In this document: positions 10,768 to 20,933 of the stretch, piece by piece | Position numbering within the stretch: position 1 is the stretch's first letter | How the letters are laid out: each line of letters begins with the position of its first letter | Translations under genes and position numbers: made by a program | IMG/VR virus record: IMGVR_UViG_3300013099_000017 | Location: 80,244 to 144,243 of that record | Source: a virus | Reading direction: 5' to 3' (one strand) | DNA: 64,000 nucleotides | Notes under the pieces: model-generated | What the model was told of the DNA's origin: nothing | Seen by the model: the letters and a program-made list of their open reading frames with translations, nothing else | Database searches by the model: none

Positions 10768-11242
10768 TTGAATTAGATGAACCAAAATATAAACAAGCAA
10801 TAAAAATGTTATATGATAATGGTATTATGTGTGAAGCTGTACGTGATGAAGAAAATGATATAAAATTGGCAGTTGAAGGAGAATTTAATTTTTTTGATTA
10901 TTATCCTTCAACAGGTAGATGGGTGCAACGATTGAGTCATGAATATTTGAGTACAGCCAGAGAAGGATTTAGTTTACTAAAATTAATTAATTATATAAAG
11001 GATCAATAATGCACGATAAAACACAAAGAGCTATGGATGCTTTGGAAATTAATCAGATTGGGTTTGAAGTAAAAAATAATGGTATCCAGTTAATTGTAGA
11101 GGGGAATGATGGATTTATTGATTTTTACCCTACTACAGGAAATTGGAAATGTCGAATTAATGATTCTGAAACTTATGATTCAGGAACCGGATTTAGTTTG
11201 AGAAATTTAATTGATCATATTTTGGGGGATCATCGTGGGTGA
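10752..11242 (+). other. Two tandem paralogous small genes (10752-11009, 11009-11242)
   Basis: Shared VEG..FFDYYPSTGRW / VEG..FIDFYPTTGNW and G.SL..LI. Confidence 0.75.
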
Positions 11243-11481
11243 AATATCCGATAGTTATTATTTACCAGTAAAAGAAGATTCCTTTATTACTTATGCTATT
11301 GCCAAAGAAGATGTGATGGAAGAATTTAGATATTTAACAAATATCTCTCAATATTCACCATCACTCAAACGAGCTAATATATATAAATTAAATGAAGGAT
11401 TATCTAAATTATTCCAATTAGAAAATCATGTTTTGTTGAAGTTGGAAACTAAGGTAAGTCGGGTTGACGTGGAGGTCAAAA

Positions 11482-11721
11482 ATGGCTAGAAAAGGTAAAA
11501 AACGTAGTATTGCAGTATTTGGTTGTACTCTTGATGATGGTTCATAATTGAATCACACAGATTCTGAATTTGTTTCTGTTATTGTAAATCCTGATAAAAC
11601 TGTAAGTGTAACTGATATTAACAACAATAGTACAATATTATTAGATATTAATGGTGATCCGGTTAAATCCGAGAACAAATTAATTAACGATAATATTTTG
11701 CCATTTCTTTCAATTCTATAA
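11482..11721 (+). pseudogene. Small ORF with in-frame TAA at 11545
   Basis: GGAGG SD; MARKGKKRSIAVFGCTLDDGS*LNHTDSEF continues open to 11721. Confidence 0.4.
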
Positions 11722-11995
11722 TAGAAAGATTATTTTTGGCACGATTGGCTTTAACTGATAAAACTTGAATATTGTCTGGTTCATAACCAAGATCACTATC
11801 AATTCTATCTATTGAAGGTGAAAATTCATTATAACCCCTTGCATTATAATCAATAATATGGTTTAATAGTGGACACGTTAAAGGTAATGATAAATCATAT
11901 AAATCGGTTAATGTGAGTGTAAATTTAATATTTCTTTTTTTAGCAGATGCTTTCAAATGAGATAATAATTTTTTGTAGTTTAGTGTATGTATCAT
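11684..11995 (-). CDS. His-Me-finger/HNH-like endonuclease
   Basis: CPLL..SPSIDRIDSDLGY..NIQVLS..ANRAKN; start placed at ATG 11995 just downstream of a minus-strand late promoter. Confidence 0.75.
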   Translation of the reverse strand: MIHTLNYKKLLSHLKASAKKRNIKFTLTLTDLYDLSLPLTCPLLNHIIDYNARGYNEFSPSIDRIDSDLGYEPDNIQVLSVKANRAKNNLSIIELKEMAKYYR

Positions 11996-12006
11996 AATAT
12001 TGTAAT

Positions 12007-12014
12007 TATTTATA
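12007..12014 (-). promoter_or_regulatory. T4-type late promoter
   Basis: TATAAATA on minus strand 11 nt before the HNH ATG. Confidence 0.6.
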
Positions 12015-12201
12015 AGGTGAAATAAAATGAACGATTGTTTTAGATGTAAGCGGAAACACACAACATATTGTAATAGTTGTCGTAAAAATCCAAAATTGAA
12101 AGATAATTTCATTGAAAGTGATGAATATCATATTAATAAGTGGAGTTTGGAAGGAAAAGGTGCTAAGGTAATTGATGTCACTTATATGTAATTATTATTT
12201 T

Positions 12202-12209
12202 TATAAATA
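12202..12209 (+). promoter_or_regulatory. T4-type late promoter
   Basis: TATAAATA upstream of 12237. Confidence 0.75.
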
Positions 12210-12236
12210 GATAAAATAACTTTATAAGGTCAATTA

Positions 12237-13175
12237 ATGTTAAAATTCAAAAACTATCTTGTTGAACAGGATTTATTAAATGAGAAACTATTATTAATTA
12301 ATAGTGGTAAAAAATATGGACAGGTAGTTTTTCTTGCTGGTGGTGCTGGTTCTGGAAAGGGGTTTGCTGGAAATAATTTTATGAATATTCAGGATTTTAA
12401 AGTTCGGGATGTTGATGAAATGAAAAAAGCATATCTTACACTTAATAAATTGAGACACAAATATCCTGAATTAGATGGACTTGATTTAAAAAAACCAGAA
12501 GATGTTTTTAAAATGCATGGTTTTATTAAGAAAAAAGGTACAGTTAAATCTACATTAGATAATATGCTTTCTGTTATTGTAAATCCAAACATTTTACCAA
12601 ATATCGTATTTGATGTTACATTACAGTATGTTTCTAAAATTGATGATACCGTTCCATTATTAATCAAAGCTGGATATAAACCCGAAAATATTCATATTAT
12701 ATGGGTGTTGACTGATTATGAAATTGCATTTAAAGCAAATTTGGAAAGGGATCGTATTGTTCCTTATGGTAAAGATGGTACACCAAATATTATATTAGAT
12801 ACTCATGTTGGTGCAAGTAAAACAATGTGGAATATTGTTGGTAAAAATAATATTCCAAAATCAATTAATGGCGGTATTTATGTTATACTGAATAATCGTG
12901 ATCAAACTATTGTATTTAAAGAAGGTGATAAAAAAGATTTCAGAACAGCAAAAGATGATAAAGATGCACCAGCAAAAATAACAACAAGCCCTAGAAAATA
13001 TGTTAGTAAAAGTAGTGAGAATTACAAAAAGAAAACTATCGTTGTTAAAGATTTCACATATTTAACATATAAAGAACCTGGGAAGGCTCCCAAAAAAGAT
13101 AAAGAAATTTATAAACAGTTATTTGGATGGGTTAAAGCTAATATTCCAAAATCAGCATTAAAATTCATTAATTGA
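12237..13175 (+). CDS. P-loop kinase (AAA_33/zeta-toxin-like) with capsid-targeting-like N-terminus
   Basis: MLKFKNYLVE..LLNE, Walker A GGAGSGKG, IVFDVT, NLERDRIVP. Confidence 0.75.
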   Translation: MLKFKNYLVEQDLLNEKLLLINSGKKYGQVVFLAGGAGSGKGFAGNNFMNIQDFKVRDVDEMKKAYLTLNKLRHKYPELDGLDLKKPEDVFKMHGFIKKKGTVKSTLDNMLSVIVNPNILPNIVFDVTLQYVSKIDDTVPLLIKAGYKPENIHIIWVLTDYEIAFKANLERDRIVPYGKDGTPNIILDTHVGASKTMWNIVGKNNIPKSINGGIYVILNNRDQTIVFKEGDKKDFRTAKDDKDAPAKITTSPRKYVSKSSENYKKKTIVVKDFTYLTYKEPGKAPKKDKEIYKQLFGWVKANIPKSALKFIN

Positions 13176-13180
13176 TGATA

Positions 13181-13275
13181 TATATCCCATTGTGAGTATA
13201 TACATTAACATTTAATAATGTGATAATAATCCTGTAGTGAGAGATAGCGTTCCCATTTAAAGAAAAGGAGTCGAT
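13181..13275 (+). promoter_or_regulatory. Dyad-box promoter cassette
   Basis: TATATCCCATTGTGAGTATA, TATACA-N17-GATAAT. Confidence 0.8.
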
Positions 13276-13479
13276 ATGAGTTATTCAGTTGTTCATTCCG
13301 AAAGATATTTAGTTGATAAAAAAGAAACAGAATATTCTAGTCTGGAAAAAATCAAAGAACGTTATTCCGTTTATTGGAATTATGTTAAAGATGAAATTTC
13401 TGCTCTGAATGTTGGTGATAGTGTTGATGTTCATTATGATGATTATGTTTCTCTGAATGTTAAAAAAGTTTCTTAACTC

Positions 13480-13579
13480 TTGATCTAGATCAAGGTAAAT
13501 ATCCTCTATCATTGATATACTATATTTGTGGTGAGGGAATTGTTCCCAAAATAGAAAAACTTCCAAAAGGAAATTCAAA
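13480..13579 (+). promoter_or_regulatory. FNR-box-type promoter cassette with conserved leader
   Basis: TTGATCTAGATCAA 13480-13493, TATACT 13516-13521, TTGTGGT leader, TTCCAAAAGGAA. Confidence 0.75.
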
Positions 13580-14155
13580 ATGAAAGCAACACATAAAGGT
13601 ACTTGTCAATGTTGTGGTGCAATGCAAAAACTTCCAAATGGCGTATTATCTAATCATGGTTATACAGTTGATTGGGGTATGTTCAATGGCACTTGTCAAG
13701 GTGCAGGTCATAAGCCTTTTGAAAAATCAACAGATTTAATCGAAAGTTTCATAAATCAAGCCAAAGCTCAAATCGAAAATTTAAACAATGAAATCAGTGA
13801 AGTTTCTAATTCAACTGATGTTAAATCGGTTTGGTATCGTAAATATATTCCTGCAACATACAGCAAACAAGCACATTATGTTTGGGAAAAACGTGGTTTA
13901 TTATTAGATAAAGTTTATTCTGAAAGATTTACTTCTTGGAAATGGGATAGTTTACCAACTGATACCAAAGACGTTAATCGTGGTAAAACAGGTGTTGGTG
14001 ATCATAAACCAAATCCCGATGATGCAGTTAAATTTGAAAATGAAAAATATACCGCAATGTTAAGCAAAAAGGTTCAAGGTATTGAAGGTTATATCCAATG
14101 GCAAGAAGAACGTATTTCCGGTTGGACTGAGCAACCTTTACAGGAAATTAAATAA
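13580..14155 (+). CDS. Hypothetical protein with N-terminal Cys/His cluster
   Basis: GTCQCCG..NHGY..GTCQG; follows a cassette RBS. Confidence 0.75.
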   Translation: MKATHKGTCQCCGAMQKLPNGVLSNHGYTVDWGMFNGTCQGAGHKPFEKSTDLIESFINQAKAQIENLNNEISEVSNSTDVKSVWYRKYIPATYSKQAHYVWEKRGLLLDKVYSERFTSWKWDSLPTDTKDVNRGKTGVGDHKPNPDDAVKFENEKYTAMLSKKVQGIEGYIQWQEERISGWTEQPLQEIK

Positions 14156-14941
14156 TGTTAAAACCTAGAATTGCTAAACTGAAAAAGGATACTCAATTAA
14201 AAATTAAACGATATGTAAATTTTCAAGAACAATATATTGGTGAAGTTGGGGATAAATCTCCAACATATTTTTTATTCTTGAAACGCATGGAAAAACAATA
14301 TCATAAAACCCTATCCACAATAAATAAACTTGGATCAAATTAAATGGATGATACATTAACAATATCGGAAAAGATAAAAGAAGCTCAATATTATTTTAAT
14401 ACTTATTCTGAAACTGTCCGACTATATGAAGAAATTCATGGAGTCGGTAATTATTCACCTAAACTAACTGTATTATACACACTGGAATCATAAAATGGAT
14501 ATTGAAGAAATAAAAAAAGAACACAATTATATGTTGGATAGTTATTCAAAACAACTAAAAACATATCAAGATGAAAATGGATGTGATGATTATCCTGATT
14601 ATATGATGTATACAATTAAATTGATAGAATTTTATCGTGGTACTTTGACTATATTAAATCGAATTGAAAATGGTGTATTTAAATGAATATACAGAATATC
14701 TTGTTTACCGATTACAAATGGAAGAATATTATCGTGGTGTTTGGAACACATTAAATGAACTTAAACGGGGTGCATAATGAAAAAATATAAATTCTCTGTT
14801 ATTTATTTCATCTATAATGAAGAAGATGAAATAAAAAAAGTTATTGATGTTATGTATGGCTCAGGACATCAATCAGTTGTAGATGAAATCAAAAAACTGG
14901 AAAATTTTGTCACTATGGTTTATATTGGAGTAATTGAGTAA

Positions 14942-15044
14942 TATATCCCATTGTAGGTATATATTTATCAATATAATTGTGAGATACTATACTTGTGGTG
15001 AGGGGATTTCCCCAATTAGATAAACTTCCAAAAGGAAATAAATC
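14942..15044 (+). promoter_or_regulatory. Dyad-box promoter cassette with conserved leader
   Basis: TATATCCCATTGTAGGTATA, GATACT 14983, GGGGA-TT-TCCCC, TTCCAAAAGGAA. Confidence 0.85.
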
Positions 15045-15542
15045 ATGAACTATTTTTCTGCCGTTTCAACTGTCGAAGAAATCAAAAAACTTTATCGTAA
15101 ATTGTGTTCTAAATTTCATCCGGATCGTGGTGGTGATTTAGAAATCATGAAAACGGTAAACGTTCAATATAAAGAATCCCTTGCTGGAAATCATGGTCAA
15201 AAATCTACCGATAATTTTGGTAAAGAACATACTTATTACTACAATGAGCATGTAGAAGATGCATTGATGGAAAAAATTCAGGAACTTTTAGCCCTCAATA
15301 TGACAGGTGTTGAAGTTGCTTTAATTGGTGTTTGGATTTGGGTGACGGGCGATAATACTAAAGATTATCGCACACAATTCAAAAACCTTAAATTACGTTG
15401 GCACTCAAAGCGTCAAGCGTGGTACTTTCAAACAAGTAAGAAGCGTACCAAATATAAGAGAAACTTTTCAATGGATGATATGGCTCATGCTTATGGTTAT
15501 CAGACATTCAAAAGTGATGATAATAAATTGGCACTTGCCTAA
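15045..15542 (+). CDS. J-domain (DnaJ-like) protein
   Basis: IKKLYRKL..KFHPDRGG..MK.VN.QY with HPD motif. Confidence 0.8.
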   Translation: MNYFSAVSTVEEIKKLYRKLCSKFHPDRGGDLEIMKTVNVQYKESLAGNHGQKSTDNFGKEHTYYYNEHVEDALMEKIQELLALNMTGVEVALIGVWIWVTGDNTKDYRTQFKNLKLRWHSKRQAWYFQTSKKRTKYKRNFSMDDMAHAYGYQTFKSDDNKLALA

Positions 15543-15899
15543 TGAATATCGTTGATTTCTTTTTTACTTCTTATGTTGTTATTATCACATCAATTCCGTT
15601 TATATTTTATTATGATGATATTAAACGGAAACGGTGGGTTAATGGAAAAGATGATACCATAAAATAACTATTATAGGATAATATTATGATCAAATCACAA
15701 CAAAATGCTCTTGTTGTTCTTTCTGTTATGGGTGAACTTGTTACAGAAAAAATTTCAAAAATTATTGAACTTGAAGAAGAACTTGCACAAGTAAAAAAAG
15801 AATTGGAGCAAGAGCGCAATATGAAAGAATATTTAGTTGCTTTAACTTCGGTAAAATACCCATTAAGAGATATATAAATTATTTTTTAAGTATGTAATA

Positions 15900-15940
15900 A
15901 TAAAGTCTGAATTGAGATAAACTTCCAAAAGGAAATCAAA
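15900..15940 (+). promoter_or_regulatory. Partial leader cassette
   Basis: CTGAATTGAGATAAACTTCCAAAAGGAAA, nearly identical to 63901-63931. Confidence 0.7.
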
Positions 15941-16360
15941 ATGGCTGAGTCAGCAAAGTTCAAAAAATACGAAATGGTTTGTAAATCTTCAAAGAAATCT
16001 CAAGAACGAAATGACTGTTCCGTAAAAGCTGTATCAATGGCAGGACGGGTTTCATATAAAGAAGCTCATAGACGTTGTGCAGAACATGGTAGAATTAATA
16101 ATAAGGGTATGATGAATAGCCAAATTAATTCTACATTGGAAGATTTAGGATTTGAATTGCAACTAATTGAAAACCTTTATCAAAAGAATGGTTCTAAATA
16201 CACTCCTAAGACTATTGGGAAGCGTTTAAAGGCAGGTTATTACATTGTTTATGTTAAAGGGCATGTGTTCCCTGTAATCAATGGTACGGTCTTTGATTGG
16301 TCTGCTAATAGACAACATAGAATCTACCAAGCATATAAAATTGTAAGGAAGCGTACATAA
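15941..16360 (+). CDS. Conserved phage hypothetical protein (NDC motif)
   Basis: ERNDCSVKA..Y..AH..GHVFPVING. Confidence 0.7.
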   Translation: MAESAKFKKYEMVCKSSKKSQERNDCSVKAVSMAGRVSYKEAHRRCAEHGRINNKGMMNSQINSTLEDLGFELQLIENLYQKNGSKYTPKTIGKRLKAGYYIVYVKGHVFPVINGTVFDWSANRQHRIYQAYKIVRKRT

Positions 16361-16810
16361 TGAGTAATGGAATTGAAGGTAATATTAGGGTATTTGAAGT
16401 TGATTTATTTAGTGAGGTTCTTTACTTTGTCTTACCAAAACACATGAGTAAGCAAGATAAATTAATAATTTATAAGAGTGTTGGAGCCACACGTTCTTAT
16501 GAAAATCAAAATGGCAATACTGTTTTGGTTGTTAAAAAGTGGCAAAATTAAAAAGGAAATAAATATTATGACAAAGAAATCATTCCATCCAAAGAAATTA
16601 TCTGATTATTCAGACATATGTCATTTGCGTGATACATTACATATATTACATGAAATTGATTGGGAAATTGATTTGATTAATGATAGTTTGCAAAACGATA
16701 ATCATACGAAAACAACAACATTAAATAGATTGGAACGAAAAGATGAATTGGAAACGGTTTTGGGAACAGTTTTTAGTTTATTAAAACCATATGGGGAAAA
16801 ATTCAGATAA

Positions 16811-16910
16811 TATCCCATTGTGGGTATATACATTCATTAACTAATATAAGATAATATATTTGTGGTTGGGGGAAGTCTCCCAAAAGATAAATTTTCAAAA
16901 GGAAATAATT
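16811..16910 (+). promoter_or_regulatory. Dyad-box promoter cassette with conserved leader
   Basis: TATCCCATTGTGGGTATA immediately after an upstream stop; TATACA-N17-GATAAT; GGGGGA..TCTCCC; TTTCAAAAGGAA. Confidence 0.85.
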
Positions 16911-17222
16911 ATGAATGGTTTATTAGTTTCAATCTATCGTGATGGATTTGGTGATTGTACAAATGGTGGTGTTTCAGGTCGTGTTAAACAGGCTGTAATC
17001 ACTGGTGATTTAGTTGATTGTGATGTGTTTGAACCAACTGCTTTACAACCTGAAATGGTCATTGTGGAGCGTTATATAGGTACTAATAAATACCTTCATG
17101 CTGTTCCAAAAGATTTACATGAAAGTGGAAAATGGGTTATGTTTGGTGGTAATTTTCTTTATAGTTCAGACAGCCGTTTCCCTTCGGATCAACCAATTGC
17201 AATCCATGACAGGGTGGAATAA
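16911..17222 (+). CDS. Conserved phage hypothetical protein
   Basis: Real start is the ATG after the cassette RBS; DCTNGGVS and MFGGNF..SDSRF..PIAIHDRVE. Confidence 0.75.
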   Translation: MNGLLVSIYRDGFGDCTNGGVSGRVKQAVITGDLVDCDVFEPTALQPEMVIVERYIGTNKYLHAVPKDLHESGKWVMFGGNFLYSSDSRFPSDQPIAIHDRVE

Positions 17223-17779
17223 TGAGAGATCCAAGTTTTTATGGTCATTTAAAGTCATAACAACATTTCCAAGTGGAATGAAAAGTTCCACTTGGTTTTA
17301 TAATTATAGACTTCTTAAAAAATATAAGAAATCAGTTCGTAAATTTGAACCTGATTCAAAAATTGTAGTATTTCCGTATAGTGAATAGGAAGATTAAATA
17401 TGTTTGAAGTTGATGGAATAAAAGTATCAAATAAAGATGGTGCATTGATAAAAAGAGCCATGAAGGAATTTGGAAAACAATTAAGTTCTGGTATAATTAC
17501 CCATAATGGAAAAGAAAAAAATAAAATTAAATTAATTCAGCAATGTGCAAAAATCATTGATAAATTTAATTATGATGCTTTTGGAAACCAAGCATCATAT
17601 ATGGCATCATATAGAATATTTTACAAATACGCAGATAAACCCGATATGGAACCATTATATGCAGATATGCGTTCATCATCAAAAGAAGGTGCTGTTGATG
17701 AATTTTATATATGGTATTGGGATGGTGAGCGCATTGTTAATAATAAAGAAATAGAAATTGTTGGTTTGGGGTAATTAAT

Positions 17780-18041
17780 ATGTTTGATTTTTTTTGGAAA
17801 ATTATTATCTATTGGAAATGATGTGGCATTAACACCAAAACATTATCGGGGTTTAGTTCTTGGTAAAGTGGTTGGTTTTACCCCAAAACAAGTTATATGC
17901 AATACTGGAAATATTGAAGGAATGAAAAAGTTTCTAATCTTAATAACAGAAATGACATTTATTTTAATTATTGCCATTATTGAAGCAATTTGGAAAAAGT
18001 TTAACAAAAATCTTAGAATAGATATTGAAGGAATTGATTGA
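17780..18041 (+). pseudogene. Frameshifted small gene
   Basis: ATG TTT GAT followed by one T too many in a T-run puts MFDFF out of frame with GKLLSIGNDVALTPKHY. Confidence 0.5.
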
Positions 18042-18737
18042 TGAAATTACAAGCACCAAAATTGCCACTTAAATATCGTGCCGATTTTATGTTACGATAT
18101 AAAGAAATATTAGATCAGAAATTATCATTTGAAGGTGCTGAGAATGGTATATTTTATTTTAAAGGATTGATACAAATATCCGGTAAAATGTTAGAAGCTG
18201 AAATGAATGTTGCCTGTACAGATATGAGTGATTTATATTTGAACCCCATTGAATCAATTAAAAATCTATTGGATTTTGAATATATTGATTTATTTATTGA
18301 TGATGTATATTGTTTAAGGATACAATAATGAAAACTAAATGGAAATCTATTGCTTATTGGGATAAAGGGGTAAGTACCGGAAATAGTAAAAACGTATCAG
18401 TTGATACACATAGCACCGAAGAAATGGCTCAGGCTGTTGCTGATGCATTATTAATTGAGGGTTTGGGTGGTGAACGTAAAATTTTCCCAATAAAAACCAG
18501 AGTTGAAAAGGTTATTATCTTATGAAAAGAACTATTGTTTCAGAAATTCAACCTGAATATGCAGTTTCTTATTATTCAATAAAAAAACATGGTAATAGTG
18601 GAGCAGGATTTTATTTACATAAAACAGATGATCCGGATAATGGATATTGTGAATTAGAATTAGTGGAAATGGGTGCTTCTCCTAAAACTGTTCGTGAGTT
18701 AAGGGAAGTTGCAAGTATTGAAGTATTTGGTAAACCC

Positions 18738-18834
18738 TTGATCTAGATCAATGTTATTTTATCCAAGTTTGATAAACTATATATGTGGTTGGGGAATGAT
18801 CCCCAAAAGATAAATTTTCAAAAGGAAATAAATA
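18738..18834 (+). promoter_or_regulatory. FNR-box-type promoter cassette with conserved leader
   Basis: TTGATCTAGATCAA 18738-18751, TG-N-TAAACT 18773, GGGGA..TCCCC, TTTCAAAAGGAA. Confidence 0.75.
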
Positions 18835-19458
18835 ATGAGTGATCAGAATCCAATTTTAAAAATTACAACTGATAAGATGCATAAATTTGGAGTTCGTATT
18901 GTTAATACAGGTGATCATTATGGTCTTAATGATGTATTGGTTAATGATGGTGATCCATTGGTAGAATTTTGGGATCATACAACTTTTGAAGAAGGTCAAT
19001 TCGTTAGTCGATATTATGTTAAAACCATTTTAGATCATGAATATGGTCATGATTTAAATTTAGATGGTGGTATTCCTGAGTGGTCTATTGATGCTAATTC
19101 CATGACTACTATTGTTGGTTGGTTAAATTTTATATTGGATTGAAAAATGAATAATTTAAATAATGTGTTTAATGTTGTAAATGGTAATCTACATCAATTC
19201 CAAGTTCGGATCATTGATACGGGTGAACAATATGATACGACATTATTTAATGATGGTGATCCAATGGTTGAATTTTTGGATACAACATTAAATGAAGCAG
19301 GGCAATCAATTTCCATGTTTTATGTTTCAAGTCTTATAGATCATGAACCTGGATCAAGTTTAGATTTAGCAGGTGGTATTTCTAAATGGATAATTGATGG
19401 TGATACAATGGATAGCATTGTTGATTGGTTAAATGATTATTTTGGGTATGGGAGATAA
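18835..19458 (+). other. Two tandem paralogous genes (18835-19143, 19147-19458)
   Basis: Shared VRI..TG..Y..NDGDP.VEF.D..GQ..S.YYV..LDL.GGI..W.ID. Confidence 0.85.
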
Positions 19459-20831
19459 TAATGAATATAAATGATATGTCTAAGTTGACAGATTCAAGAT
19501 TGAGAACATTAGATACAGATAATCTTGATAGTGCAACCCGTGTAGAATTATTGGAATCTTTGAATATAGAATTGAATTTCATAAAAAATACTTTACGAGA
19601 TTTGAGAATAACAAATTCTGATACACATTTGGCTGTTATGTTAGAAAATCTCATGCATAGTGATTGTGGTGAAGAAGATAATCATTTCACTAGAAGTAGA
19701 GAATTATAATGAAATTTGATGATGTTTGGGTTGAATGTCGAGAAGCAATACATTCATATAAAATTCATGGTGCTCTTATTGCACCAGATATGTTTTATAG
19801 TGTTACTTTTTACAATGATCTTGAAGGTTGTATTAGCATTGGTGGTTGGATTTTATATGATGATGTTTGGGTTAAGGTTCTTTTTAGTTTAACCAAAGAT
19901 GATGAAGAAATTAAATATATTGATGGGATACTATCTCATAATTGGGAAAAATGATGGAATATGAAAAATTTGAAAGTTGGGAAAATACTTACATGTCAAG
20001 ACATGTAATTTCTTCTGATGTTATTATGACAGAAAAAGAAACGGGTCGGGTTGTTGCAGTTTTTTACAATGATTATGATTTGGATGATGTTTTGGAACAA
20101 TTGAAAAAGGTAAAAGAAAATGGCACATTATAGAAAAATGACAGTTGATGGTATTGAATATCAATATAACATTGGTAAGAAATTTGTTGAAATTCGAGAA
20201 GAACTTGCACCAAAACAACTTATTGAAAAATCCGAAATTGGATTTAAGAGCAAACATAATGAATTAATTGTTCATCCTAAAATGATTGCTGATTATATTC
20301 AGGGTAAAAAGAAGCAACATGTGAGTAAGTATTTTCGTACATGTAAATGTGTTGGTGTTTCTAAACAATTAGGTGTAATACCATATGATTATGAAATTGA
20401 CAATAAATCCAATTATGTTTATTGGTGTAGTGCTTGTTATAGTGCAAATGCAGATGATATATGATGGAAACGATGGAATCTTTGGACGACACATTATGTG
20501 ATTATTGTCCTAAAACAGAGTATGGTACTTGTTCGGTAAATACAAACCAATATAATTTATGTGAGGGTTATCACTGTGATGATGCTTATGAAAATTATAA
20601 AGATGATTTTGAAAACGAAATGGAGACTAAAATGAAACACAATAAAGTAATTTTTTCTGGAAATGCGACAATAGTTTTTTGGGAAGATAATACAAAAACT
20701 ATCGTTAAATGTTCTGATAACGATAGTTTTGATTCTGAAAAGGGATTCTTAATTGCATATTATCAGAAACATACGGGGAATAGTAAAAAACAAACATCCA
20801 AAGTATTACAATCCTTACCTGATAGAAAATA

Positions 20832-20933
20832 ATACACCCACAATGGGATATATACATTTTAATCTAATTATCGGATAATATACATGTGGTCGGGGAAATC
20901 CCCATTTAGAAAAACTTCCAAAAGGAAAAGAAA
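20832..20933 (+). promoter_or_regulatory. Dyad-box promoter cassette (box inverted) with conserved leader
   Basis: TACACCCACAATGGGATATA, TATACA-N17-GATAAT, GGGGA-AA-TCCCC, TTCCAAAAGGAA. Confidence 0.85.

Noticed and set aside
4077-11547. Stop-codon reassignment suggested by in-frame TAA at 4077 and 11545
   Set aside because: TAA, TGA and TAG all end well-recognised genes here, often in TAATG/ATGA overlaps, and long genes have no internal stops.
16811-16830. Dyad box as a NarL/NarP 7-2-7 site
   Set aside because: TACCCAC resembles TACYYMT and the position near -43 fits, but the second half and spacing do not match; unresolved, so not called.
17880-18010. TGA-as-Trp reading of an alternative frame
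   Set aside because: Needs a frameshift and two readthroughs, and TGA is a normal stop elsewhere; better explained as decay.
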